From the NCBI GenBank assembly GCA_951406725.2, contig OX597820.1, forward strand, positions 115,506,001 through 115,570,000: a stretch of DNA of 64,000 bases. The letters are read 5' to 3'. Source of the DNA: Octopus vulgaris (taxonomy: Eukaryota). How positions within the stretch are numbered: position 1 is the stretch's first letter; each line of letters opens with the position of its first letter. The position numbers and the translations under genes were made by a program. Under the pieces are notes generated by a model, which had not been told where the DNA came from, made no database searches, and saw only the letters and a program-made list of their open reading frames with translations. Positions 27,208 through 40,803 of the stretch are shown here, one piece after another.

Positions 27208-27776
27208 ATGTATGTATGTATGTATGTATACATTATTCTTATACAAGAATAAGGTGGAAAGCTGGCAGAATCATTAGCATGTTAGGCAAGATACTTAGTG
27301 GTATTTCGTCTGATGCTACATTCTGAGTTCCAATTCCACTGAAATCAGTTACACACTGGGGTCGATGTAATCGACTTAATCCCCCTCCCCTGGGCTACTT
27401 TTGTGACAAAAAATTTGAAATTATTATTCTTATACAAGAGTGTTGTTGACAATGACTTGAAAGTTTTGACCAACTAAGCTTGCAAAGGCGTGCATCTTAG
27501 TGGTAGGACATTACAGCCATGATCACTACATCAATGGTTTGATTCCTGGACCAAGTGGCATGTTGTGTTCTTGAGCGAAACATTTAATTTCACATTGGTC
27601 TGCGACCATTTTGACATCTGACATCTGCACAGACGATGTCCATTTGATGGAGGGAATGCTGTGATACATTTGATCACTATAAGCAAATCATTTGTGCACC
27701 AGCAAAAAAGGGAACACCTATGTTTAATGGGAGATTCCATCATATTCCATGCAAGCATAGGAAAGTGAACTTTAAA

Positions 27777-27830
<54 letters not shown>

Positions 27831-28879
27831 TTTATATTATATATTTTTTATTTATTTTATAAGTTAGTTGTTTTGCTACTTTGGCATTTCACCCATGCAT
27901 TTAGTGGTTCATCAGGCAAGTTGTGACAAGAGATTTTTGAAGGTAGATTTTATACATATATAAGGGATTCATATTGTAGGGCAAAAGTAGGAGGTTTTGG
28001 TGGAGGAGAGAAAAAGTTAATGAGGGGGGGAAAAAACCAGGAGCAAAAGAAGAGGGGGGAAAAAAAGAAAGAAATAGAAAAGAAAGAAAAAGAAAAGGGA
28101 AAAGGAAAGAAGAGAAGTGGTTCAGAGAGAAACAAGGTTGGATGGGCAGATATTGGTTCAATAAAAAACTTGAGTAGAAATAAAGTAAAAAGCTATCAAA
28201 TAAGTAAATCAAATTGAATGGGAGAAGGAATTTCATGAATGTGTGTGTGTGTGTGTGTTTGGGTTTGTGTGTGTGTGAATAGATTGGTTTCAAATTTTAG
28301 CACAAATCCTACAATTTGGTGGAGAGTGAGCAAACCAATTGTATAGATCCAGTATTCAGCTGGTACTAATTCCATGGATCCTCCTTCTTCTAAAGGATGA
28401 AAAGTGAAGTTGAGCTCAGTGGACTTAGTATTCAGAATGTAAAGATGGACCAATAAGCACCAAAGTAGCAAGGATTCTTCTGCCAGTTGGATGCTTTTGT
28501 ATGTGTAAATAGATTGATCTGTAAAGGGATTGTAATCTGAATGTAGCTGGGTTGGGATGAGTGAATAATTAAAATGGGAAGTAAATGAAAAATATTAATT
28601 GAAGAATGTTAATTGAAAAGGCCCGCCTTTTTTTGGGGTTTGGTTTCAGTTGTTGATTAAGGGTTCAGGTTTCAGAAAATTGACCAGAAGAAATTACTGA
28701 TGAGTTAATGATGGGAGTGGGTAGTAGTGGGAGAAGAAGGAGAGGAAAAAGAAGATGATGATGATGATGATGATGATGAAGAAAAAGGAAGAGGGGAAGA
28801 ATGATAAAGAGAAAGGGTAGATAAAAGGGATAATAAAATAACAACAGCAGCTGTAGCAACAATAACAAGAAGAAGAAGA

Positions 28880-30000
28880 ATTATTTCTTTTATTAGCCAC
28901 AGGGGCATAGATGAGGGGGATATCACAAGGACGATCAACAATTTATGTGAAGGTTTACATGAAAGATGAGGAGAAAGTAATGGAAAGCATGGTGAAATGT
29001 GATAAAAGTATATATAGTATAAATAGTATGTGATAACATGAATGGTGCAGTCCTCCTGATACCTGAGAAACCCCACCTGGGGTCAATAGAAGAACCCCAC
29101 AGATCCAGGAATACCTTGGCCACCAAAAGTATGAACCTTCGCCCAATTGTTGTTCTCCTGTCTACAGGTGCATACTTAGAGTAGGGCTATTCACCTTAAC
29201 CCTTTTTGACACAGTCACCCATCTTTTCACAATTTGACTAGTAGCCCTTTTCTTTTCAAGTTGATAAGGGCTTGACTGAAGAGCAAAGTGTCTTTCCTCA
29301 ATCCTTTCAGCCTCATCCACCACACAACCCCTTTTGCCATAGTCACTAGACAGAGGAACACTGCGTGCCCTGCCTCGTTAAAAGTGGGTGCTAGAGCAAT
29401 CCTCACTATGGATTTAACCAAGAGTTAAATTCTAACCACACATGCTAACAGCTGTTCAACATAACTCCACAAACTTGGCAATACTTGACTGTTGCACAAG
29501 TGTGGAATGGTTTCATCATTCTGTGTGCATCTTGGACAGTCCTGCCTTGCTTCCATGCCTGTAGGATTTATCTCAGACTGGCAGTGCTCTTTGGTAGCAC
29601 TGCCAGAGATTTCTGGAAGTTATCCATGGTAATACCAGGCCTGAATGTCCTTTTAAGTAGACCAGCTTGGGTTTCCCTGAGAACATCATCGCTCATACTT
29701 ACCACTAGATTTCTATATATTGCTAATGTACAGCTTCCACTAATTGCATTTCCTGAGGGCTGTGAGTGACTGATGACATTCCAGGTGCCAAGTACCCAAT
29801 ATTGATCTGTTTTTGACCCAGGACTGCAGCACGGTCAAAAAGATGAACTGAGGAAATGTGTGTCTTACAAACAGAGACCACACCAGCTCAATGTCCAGAA
29901 AAATCTGCAAGTGGTGTAACTGCAGCTTGTGTCTGTGCATCAGCAGCTGTGCCATGCCAAGTGTCTTTTAGAGGGTAGTGGCAACAAGAAGCAAAAAAGT
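28880..30000 (-). mobile_element. Degenerate Tx1/L1-clade LINE 3' region
   Basis: Minus-strand fragments MDNFQKSLA..QCYQRALPV, DCPRCTQNDETIPHL (zinc knuckle after the RT), LWSYVEQLL and AVFLCLVTMAKGVVWWMRLKG, with frameshifts. Confidence 0.75.
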
Positions 30001-30345
30001 AAATGCCCCAGTCTGGCCAAACATGGACTGGGGCAAGGAACAAAGTACAACAACAGTCAGGCAGTAAGTTAGGAAGGTGATGTAAACACCTGCCACCTCA
30101 GGTACTGTTAATAAAATAAAATAAAATAAAATAAAACTTGACAGAAAATATTAAAAATTCCCAAAACGCAAAACCCCCACTTAACCTCTCTCTCTTCATT
30201 CCTTTTCCCTTTTTCCCTATTTTGTTTTCTAGTTTGTTTTCTTCCTGTTTTTTCCACTTCCTTTCCCCCTGTTTTTGACCTCCTTTTCTTTTCCCTTTCT
30301 CCGCCAAGACCTCATATTGCATCCAAAGACAGAAATCCCGTATAT

Positions 30346-30405
<60 letters not shown>

Positions 30406-30691
30406 TAACTTCCATCAAAAATCTTTACTCGTAACTTGCCTGAAGGATCCTGTGAACATACAGGCTCAACTCCAGGGTAGCCAGAGACTGACTTAAACAA
30501 ATTATAAAATATTATTTCTCTCTATTATGATATTGAGTACTTTTTCTTCTCACAGTCAACACTAAACGTGTGTGTGTGTGTGCATTTATAGATACATATG
30601 TATATGTGTGTGTGTATGTAAGTATGTATGTATGTATGTATGTATGTATGTATGTATGTATGCATGCATATATATATATACTCATATGCAC

Positions 30692-30722
<31 letters not shown>

Positions 30723-33700
30723 TCTCCATCTGTTTCAACAAGAAGAATTTTTTGCATTACAATGGTGTATATTTGGGCTGTGTTTTTTATAGAGTTCTTG
30801 GGCTGTATGATTGCCAAAATCTTAAGCTTGCATTTGCAACCTTAAGAAACAAGGCAAATAATATGTCAAGGATTATATTATCTTTTAGAAAAAATGTGAT
30901 ATGAAATAACATAAACCTAATTTCTGATATTTGTTTGCACACTTTACATATATTTATTATTCAGTTTTGGAGAAATAAATTTATAAAACATTATAACATA
31001 AAAAGGTAAAAATTTAAGGAGCATGCCACAATTATGTTCAGTGTGAATTTGGTAATTTATGCCAACATAATTCCTTATTTTAGGTATGTTTCCATGAATA
31101 AAATACATTTAAAATTCTAACCTGCATACTCAAATATTTGTCGGAAGAGAACTGCCTATTTCTATCATACTTACAGAAAAAAAAACACGAAAACATATGG
31201 TGCATGCTTGTATGTGTGTGTGTGTGTGGGGGGGTGTTTGTGCATATATATGTGTATATATATATGTACATATGTATGTGTGTGTGTGTGTATTTATAAT
31301 ATACATATACACAACAAATATCCATATATAATAATCCATCTGTTTTCATTTTTTTTCTGTGGGTATATAGAAATAGGCAGTTATGTATCTATACATTTTT
31401 GTGAAAACAATATTAACTTGCCAAAATTCTTTAAAAGGAAAAGAATCTAATGTGTTGTTGTTGAGAGGATGAGGGACAAAAGTCAGAGAGAAAAACAAAA
31501 TCAGAGCTTAAATATATATTAAATATTGAATTGCAAAACTTATAATTTCAATAACGAAATAAATTAGTTTGTTTTTTAAATTTGTAGTTTCCTATTTTTA
31601 CTTTTCTTTTTTTTATTATTTGATAAAGGGTTGGATAAAGTGCCCTATGGTATATTTTTCCATCTCTTTTAAGTCTCAGTTCACATCTTGCTATTGTCAG
31701 TTTTGTCTTTTGTCCTTCCTTACTTGATAAAATAAACTGCTAATCAAGCATTGCAGATTGATATAATTGGTTGTTTCATTTCGCCAAAATTTCTTCCCTT
31801 ATACCTACATTAGAAATTTAGCATTTAATTTTTTTTTTTCATAATTTTATATTCTTTTCTGTCTGTTTATCAAAATTCAATAAGTGTTTGGTTAGGCACA
31901 AGCTTGGCTGTGTGGTTTAGAAGCTCATTTTGCTACCACGGGTCCAATCTTACTGCAATCTTTCAGGTTCAATCTTACTGCATGGCACCTTGGGCAAGTG
32001 TCTTCTACCTAAGCTTTGTGAAATTGTGTAGAAGCTTATCACACACACACACACACACAAATACATATGTGTATTTTGTGACCCTATCCTCTGTTGCTTG
32101 TCAACTGGTATTGGTTTCTTTACATCCTTGTAACTTAGTGGTTCAGCCTAAGAGACCAATTGAATAAGTATCACACTTGGAATATAAATGGTAAGAGTTG
32201 ACTGTTCGGTTAGACACTTTATGACAATGCCTCAGCATGGCAGCAGACTGGCATAAGTAAAAGATAAAAGACAGAAGGTAAAAAACTTGCTTAAGAAATC
32301 CCATTTGTATTTCTGAAAAATATTGGGAAAAAAAATTACTACTAACCCCCCCACACACACACACACCCGTGTGGGTGACATGTAAAAAGCACCGTCCAAA
32401 CGTGGCCAATGCCAGTACCCGATGACTGGCCCCTGTGCCGTTGGAACGTAAAAAGCACCCACTACACTCTCAGAGTGGTTGGCATTAGGAATGGCATCCA
32501 GCTGTAGAAACCTTGCCAGATCAGATTGGAGCCTGGTACAGCTGCTGGCTTGCCAGTCCTCAGTCAAACCGTCCAACCCATGCCAGCATAGAAAGTGGAA
32601 GTTAAACGATGATGATGATGTCAAATTATTTTAGGGTTTTTATTTTAAATTATTCTGGATTTGTTTCTACTCAGAATATGCACCAAATTAAAAATTTGAC
32701 ATAATTCTTTACTTCTGAACTGTTGCTTCAATGAGCATCCTTATATTTTTAACCACACGTGAAAAACAACATTAGAGTGTGGTCGTTGCCCTTGCCACCG
32801 GACTGACTCCCATGCAGGTTGCATGTAAAAAACACCTTTTGAGCATGATCATTGCCAGAACCGCCTGACTGACCTTTGTGCCGGTGGCACGTAAAAGCAC
32901 CCACTACACTCTCGGAGTGGTTGGTGTTAGGAAAGGCATCCAGCTGCAGAAACTTTGCCAGATCAGATTGGTGCCTGGAGCAGCCTCTGGTTCACCAGTC
33001 CTCAATCAAACCATCCAACCCATGCCAGCATGGAAAGCGGATGTTAAACGATGATGATGATAATGATGATGATGATGAATCCATATCAAACATTCTGAAT
33101 TATCCATAATGATTTCATTATTATTAATCTTACTAATCCCCATTGTCATCATCCTTGTTTTAACATCCACTTTTCCATACTTACATGGGTTAGACAGAGA
33201 TCATTGAGACAGATTTTCTACAGTTCAATACCCCTCCAATTGCCAACCCTCACCTGTTTCCAAGCAAGGTGATATTTCCCTTTGTCCAGATATATTTATG
33301 CAGAATGATTGGAAATGAACAACACCTCTTGTATGGTAGTGAGACTCATTTACAACTATCATGTGATGTGAAGACAAGGAGACACAAACACACACACATA
33401 CACACTCAAACACACATATACATTGGATAGGCTTCTTTCAATTTCCGCTGACCAAATCCACTCACAAAGCTTTGGTTGGCCCAGGGCTGTAGTAAAAGAC
33501 ACTTGCCCAAGGTATTGTGCTGTGGAACTGAACACAAAATTATGTGGTTGAGAAGCCAACTTCTTACCACACAGCCACACATGCATCTAGATCGTATTAA
33601 TTCTATCACACTGTTATGTTCATTATTTGAAGCTAGCATGTGATGAGAAATAAATCTGAAATTTGGGGTATTTTTATATTTCTTAACACATTTATGCTGC

Positions 33701-35571
33701 ACTGCATGCTTCTCTGAGATTAACTGTGCAGTATAAGATAGGAACCGTGCCAATTTTCTGCTAGATATGCTGAAGCTAGAATAATTTTAGTCTTGCTTGT
33801 GGTCACAGATGTTCAGGAAATATGTCTTGAAGTCTGACATTATGATTAATATGACAAAATACAAACTGTATACAGAAATTCATTAATTCTAGCAGCTTAT
33901 TACTAATTCTGAATTTAAAATAGATCTTCATTGAAATATTGACATTAAGTATTATGATAATTTTATTTTAGATCTAGATAGGTGCAGACCCTCCAAGATT
34001 AAAAAAGGAAAGAGAGTAAGAAGGAGGGGAGAGAGAAAGAAGGAGGAAGAATTTTATCTTTCAGTGTTTACTGATGTAAACAATGTTTACATTTGTTTAC
34101 TCGCAAATGTTAAAAATATATTTGTTTAATACGGAATTTGTTGATGTTTTAAATTTGATCTTGTATTTATGGATTTTCAAGTGTCATTTTTCTATTCAGC
34201 CAGAAAAATTGTTTCAATTTAATCATTTTTGAAAACCTCAGTAATAATTCATTAAAACTAAACTTAAATTCTTGAAAGGTCTTTTGTTTAAAATATAGTT
34301 GAAGTTCTTTTTGCAAGTTGATGGTTGTAGGAAAAACATGAGCAGGGAAGAAATTATAGAGGGATGTCATTTTAAAAAGGAAGGACTGGGAATATGAGTG
34401 ACAAAAGTTGGATGAGAACAAGTCAGTAGTACCTGAATCAAAATGATATGAGACCAGCCAGTATCAAAAAGACACTATAAAAATTATAGAAATGGTAGAG
34501 GATACATACTGCCTTCATTTTTTATACCTGCTTTCCATGCTTGCATGGATTGGGTAGTTTGACAGGAGCTGGCATATCAGAAGCTTTTGCCAAGTTCTGT
34601 TGTCTGCTTTAGCATGGTTTCTACAGCTTGATGCCCTTCCTAAAACCAACCACTTTACAGAGTGTACTGGGTGCTTTTTATGTGGCACCAGCACTAGTGA
34701 GGTTACTGAGTAACTTGAAAGACAAGACCCCTCAATAGAGAGGGGAGTAGTATTGAGGGAGATGGCTTCATGTTAGATGTTGGATGTATGATAGAGGGAT
34801 GGGAACAGTAGAAAAGATACATAGTTACCCCAGTTGGAGAAGAGAGAAGATAGTAGTGAAGATGTCAGGGCACACCCACAAGTTAAATGAAATTATGTTG
34901 TCATCAGATCACATCCAGGTTAAACAAGAAATTTCTGCTTACTCTGCACAACAAATTTTCACCCAAATATTTGTTCAACTCACAACTACTGAATTTCAAT
35001 AATCTGGTTCTGATTTAAATTCACTGAGGTGATTGATTGATTGATTAGTTAATATTCTTATTATTATTGCTATAAAGCTATTTTAACTTGTCACTACAAC
35101 TTAAAATCATTCATTTCTTTAATCTACTTTAGTGATTTCATACCAACTTTTAAAACTCTATGGTATAAAATGTTCACAGAATTACTTCACAATACTACTA
35201 AAATCAGACCCACTTTCTACATTGTATTTTTAATAAATAAAAATTTAAGAGTTGTCTCCCTTACCTTTCTGAACCAGAATTGATCATTATGTTCCTGGTG
35301 TCACCATAAATGTAATTGTGATTAAAGTTTCTTGACCCACAACACTAGAGTATATTAGCACTGGCTGTACCAGTTCCTCACTAAAACATTGAAGATATAT
35401 TTTTTTAGTTTCAGAAATGGCCAACTGTAAATTAATTTATTGTGAAGTTACATTTTGTTCATGTGGTAAGTAGCTTGCTTAACAACCACATGGTTCCGGG
35501 TTCAGTCCCACTGCGTGGCACCTTGGGCAAAGCCTTGTGGGTGGATTTGGTAGACAGAAACTGAAAGAAAC

Positions 35572-35619
<48 letters not shown>

Positions 35620-35626
<7 letters not shown>

Positions 35627-35877
35627 ATAAATATTAGGGAATAAATCCAAATTTACAGGAAAAAAATCAGATTTAGGATTAAATCCAATTTTATAGTAAA
35701 ATATTATAAAATATTATTAGAGACAAAACCACTATTTTGCAAAACAAACAAGGAAAGACTTAATCAATACATAAAATTTTAATAAATAGTCAAAAAAACC
35801 GCCACTACAATCGTTTCTTGTCTTGATCGAAACCCATCAAATAATAATTTTGAAATAATTAAAGTATGAATGAAAAA

Positions 35878-35927
<50 letters not shown>

Positions 35928-38267
35928 TAAAATAAACCTATCAACAATTAAATATAAAATATAAAATATAAAACAAAACAAAAAATAATAATAATATAAT
36001 AATAAACTATATATACACCCATACACATATACCTAATTATATATAACCATATCTAACTACATACACTAAACCACACACCTATATATATATCCCTATACAT
36101 TCACATAAAAATGTCTAGGCAACTATAAATAAATAAAATAGCTAAATACTTCAACACAATACTTATTCATACTCCCACACACACACACATACAACCCACA
36201 TTCACTCTCTAGAAAACGGACATCACTCAAAATTATGAACGGAGAAATGGAATAAATGGAATTAAAAATTATATTCACTTGGTAAAACGAACACTACTTA
36301 AAAATTATGAATGAAACAATGCAATAAAACAACAGACATCGCAAATATACACAAATTACTACGAATTCCTTAACAAACCTACCATGATAAACCAAAACTC
36401 TTAAAAACATATAACGATAAAATCTCCCTTTGCTAAACTCTATAACATACCTATATAGCAATCCCCCTAACCTAAACATTCACACACAAATACACACACG
36501 TAAACCACAGACCCACGACTTATACACATACCTATACTAACTTATAAACCTCAATATACACCAAAATCCACTCCCTCCACACACAGACAAATTAACACAT
36601 ACATCCCAAAACCTAAATAACAAACCCATATACACATTCACACACAAACACACACACAGGCAAAACACACACACACACAACAGATACATATACTCCCTCA
36701 CATATACGCATATACATACTCACTAAACTCGATATATACAACAATATTTACACACCCACACTCATACAGATAAATAAATTATACAACTAAAAACTCACAC
36801 ACAATCTTATATACATAAACACTCCTATGAAAACAACATTAAATACATCGTAATTAACCAGAATATCAAAAATAACAATATGACATAAGGATAAATAAAA
36901 TACATACTTACAAGTCAGTTTCAAATTATAAAGTGAAATTAAATTCTTAGCCGTTAAAAAAATCAAACCAAAAATACGTTACCATAGAAATAACTTATGT
37001 AAAAAAAAAAAAAAAAAAAAGAATACGCGTCATGGAAAGTAAACGTCATTTAAAATTATGAATGGAGAAAAAGAATAAATGGAACTAAAAACTATATCCA
37101 CGTGGCAAACCAACACTACTTAAAAAAATTTATTATGAATGGATTCTTTAAAAAACTACCATGAAAAATCATTATATACATTTATGAGCTTTAGCTCACC
37201 TTAGCAGCTCTAACAAACAACTTGCAGCAACCTAAACCTATTCTCGATGCCTACCTCACTACTACACTATTCCACTCACAATTCCAAGCAACGCTAGTCC
37301 ACCACCCGGTTACAATTCCCAACTCCACCCATTCATTCACAATTTCAACGACGTTCGCCTCCACAGCGCTACATATAAGCCTCAACATATACACCGGAGA
37401 TTCACATCCGTGCGGATGGGTGAGAGTAATTCCTTAACAAACCTACCATGATAAACCAAAACTCACAAAACATATAATGATAAAATCTCCCTTTACTAAA
37501 CTCTATAACATACCTATATAGCAATCCCCCTAACCTAAACATTCCCACACAAATACACACACGTAAACCACACACCCACGACATATACAAATACCCACAC
37601 CACTTACACATACCAATACATACATATAAACCTCAACATATACTCCAAAACCCACTCAACCCCACACATACAAATAAACACAAAATTATGAATGGATTCT
37701 TATATAAAACTACCATGATAAGCTAAAACTCACAAAACAGAAATAATAAAACCTCCCTTTACTAAACACTATAACATACTTATATAGCAATCCCTTTAAC
37801 CTATACATTCACACACAAAAACACACACGTAAACCACACACCCATAACAAATACAAACACCCACCCCACTCACACACACCCACAAGTACAAATAAGCCTC
37901 AACATATACACCAAACAAAATTACTTTACCATGGAACTTAACATATGTATAAAAAATATAACCGCTCTGGAAACGAACATCTCTAAATTAATGAATGGAG
38001 AAATGGAATAAATGGAATTAAAAATAATATTCACGTGGCAAAACGAACACCACTCAAAAATTATGAATGAAACAATGTAATAAAACAACCAACATCGAAA
38101 ATAGACAAATTACCACGAATTCCCTAAAAAAACCATGATAAACCAAAACTCTTAAAACCTATAACGATAAAATCTCCCTTTGCTAAACTCTATAACAAAC
38201 CTATATAGCAATCCCCCTAACCTAAACATTCACACACAAATACACACACTTAAACCACAGACCCACG
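35620..38267. repeat. A/C-rich, internally duplicated repeat (probable Penelope-like terminal region)
   Basis: Starts in a SINE (TA)n tract. Blocks 36230-36520, 37425-37660, 37680-37910 and 37985-38267 are diverged copies of one another. A decayed hammerhead fold lies on the minus strand at 35795-35850. Confidence 0.55.
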
Positions 38268-38517
38268 ACGAAATAATTTAACAGAAAATTAATGTTTTAG
38301 TACGCAGATTACATACCAATTTTATTTACATTTCTGAATTATTTTAATGTATTTTGGAATCACCATTTATAGTTCAGTTACTGTTATTTGTTAGTGGTGT
38401 CTGATTATACTTTGTCAAGATTTGCAAATAATACAATCTCTAAACAAGTTCAAATAGCTTAATGAATGAAAGACATGAAAGGAAAGAATTATTCACCACG
38501 ATTTTATTTTTTAAAAA

Positions 38518-38574
<57 letters not shown>

Positions 38575-39859
38575 TGAAAAGTGAGCTTCTTAACCACTGA
38601 CTCTACATCTAATTAATAGACAAGCACTGTTGAGTAGAAGCAAGTTCATGACAAATTGAACCCACAACCTAGTTTTGATTATAAACTGGAGTCCTTCATT
38701 AGATTAATGCATTTGGAAAAGAGGAATGAACATCATAGAATCTCTTTTCCTGTCTAAGGTCATGTGTCAACATAAGAAATCTGCATAGAGTTGTATTCTT
38801 TTATTCTTTTACTTACTTCAGTCATTTGACTGTGGCCATACTGGAGCACCACCTTTAGTTGAACAAATCAACTCCTAGGACTTACTCCTTGTAAACCCAG
38901 CACTTATTCTATCAGTCTCTCCAGCCGAACTGCCAAGCCACAGGGATGCAAACACACCAGCATCGGTTGTCAAGCAATGGTGGGTAGACAAACACAGACA
39001 CACACGCTCACACATAATGTCCATTTTTTTTTTCTCTCCTAGTTTTTGTAACATTCGCTACTTTCTTCCAAGGAATCTAATGCTCTTAGCTTATATATAT
39101 ATATATATACACACATACATGTATATATTTATATAAAATACAAAATGGGACAAGAACGCAAAACATTCAGACAGTTAGGTAATACAAAAAGGGGACAACA
39201 AAACATCCAGATAGACGATACAAAGAAAACAAGGACCAGTCGAAGTTTTCTTTCCTCAATCAAATACCAGATTATCTTTGCAATTTTGGCTGATTATACT
39301 TGAGATTGCTCCAATCTGGCCAGCCCCAAGGAAAAACTAAGCTAAGAGCATTAGATTCCTTGGAAGAAAGTAGCGAATGTTACAAAAACTAGGAGAGAAA
39401 AAAAAAATGGACATTATGTGTGTGCGTGTGTGTCTGTGTTTGTCTACCCACCATTGCTTGACAACTGATGCTGGTGTGTTTGCATCCCTGTGGCTTGGCA
39501 GTTCGGCTGGAGAGACTGATAGAATAAGTGCTGGGTTTACAAGGAGTAAGTCCTAGGAGTTGATTTGTTCAACTAAAGGTGGTGCTTCAGTATGGCCACA
39601 GTCAAATGACTGAAGTAAGTAAAAGAATAAAAGAATACAACTCTATGCAGATTTCTTATGTTGACACATGACCTTAGACAGGAAAAGAGATTCTGTGATG
39701 TTCATTCCTCTTTTCCAAATGCATTAATCTAATGAAGGACTCCAGTTTATAATCAAAACTAGGTTGTGGGTTCAATTTGTCATGAACTTGCTTCTACTCA
39801 ACAGTGCTTGTCTATTAATTAGATGTAGAGTCAGTGGTTAAGAAGCTCACTTTTCAGCC

Positions 39860-39893
<34 letters not shown>

Positions 39894-39898
<5 letters not shown>

Positions 39899-40648
39899 AA
39901 TCAAGGAACGGCCATAATAGGCCATTCACCCACTAGAAATAACAGCCAAAAGTAACCGCAAAATAACATCAATCCGTAAACCAGAGAAAATTAAAACATT
40001 TACCCTGTAATTTTAGACGATGCACCGTTTCATCTACCGTTTAATGGTAAACTAACCTGATTAAATTAAATCAAGCCAATCTACCATAGGCCCTAGATTC
40101 ATCAGTAAGAAATAGCCAAGTTGGAACAGATATTTTGGCATTCCTTGCTACCTCGGCAATATCTGTCACTGCAAATTATCGCACAAATAAATATAGCCAC
40201 CGATTCCATTACGGAATTAACCAGAAAATTCATAATTAATCAATATAGGGTGCTGGTGGCAAAAGAATTCTACAAAATTTTTTTGCCACCCTATATTGAT
40301 TAATTATGAATTTTCTGGTTAATTCCGTAATGGAATCGGTATATATTATTTGCTGCCGATAATTTGCCGAGTGCGGATTTGAAAATTTTAGGTCAGATAT
40401 TGAGGTAAAGGGAATGCCTCGTGAAAATATCTGTTCCGACTTGGTATTTCTTACTGATGAATCTAAGGCCTATGGTAGATTGGCTTGATTTAATTTAATC
40501 AGGTTAGTTTACCATTAAACGGTAGATGAATATATACAGGGTAAATATTTTCTCCTGGTTTACGGAATTGATGTTATTTTGCGGTTAAAGCTTTGGCTGT
40601 TATTTCTAGTGGGTGAATGGCCTATTATGGCCGTTCCTTGATTGTGAT
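39894..40648. repeat. Fold-back palindrome with arms of about 370 bp
   Basis: 39894-40264 pairs with 40281-40648, with several indels. The centre is repeated again at 40695-40745; (TA)n on both sides. Confidence 0.9.
40011..40110 (-). ncRNA. Type I hammerhead-like ribozyme with extended helix II
   Basis: TCTTA-CTGATGA-ATCTA-[internal loop plus 19-bp hairpin]-TAGAT-GAAA-CGGTGCATCG-TC-TAAAA: canonical core and GUC site, short helix I. Confidence 0.65.
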
Positions 40649-40742
40649 GTTGAACTTAAAAATGGTTTATGACTATTTAATTTTTTCCCACTAGGCCGCT
40701 GGTGGCAAAGAATTCTACAAAATTTTGCCACCCTATATTGAT

Positions 40743-40803
<61 letters not shown>

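Noticed and set aside
31041-31050. 10-nt micro-exon candidate (cag|TGTGAATTTG|gtaatt), phase-compatible between MSEKK and the LIM exon
   Set aside because: Weak polypyrimidine tract, and it does not supply the missing CxxC.
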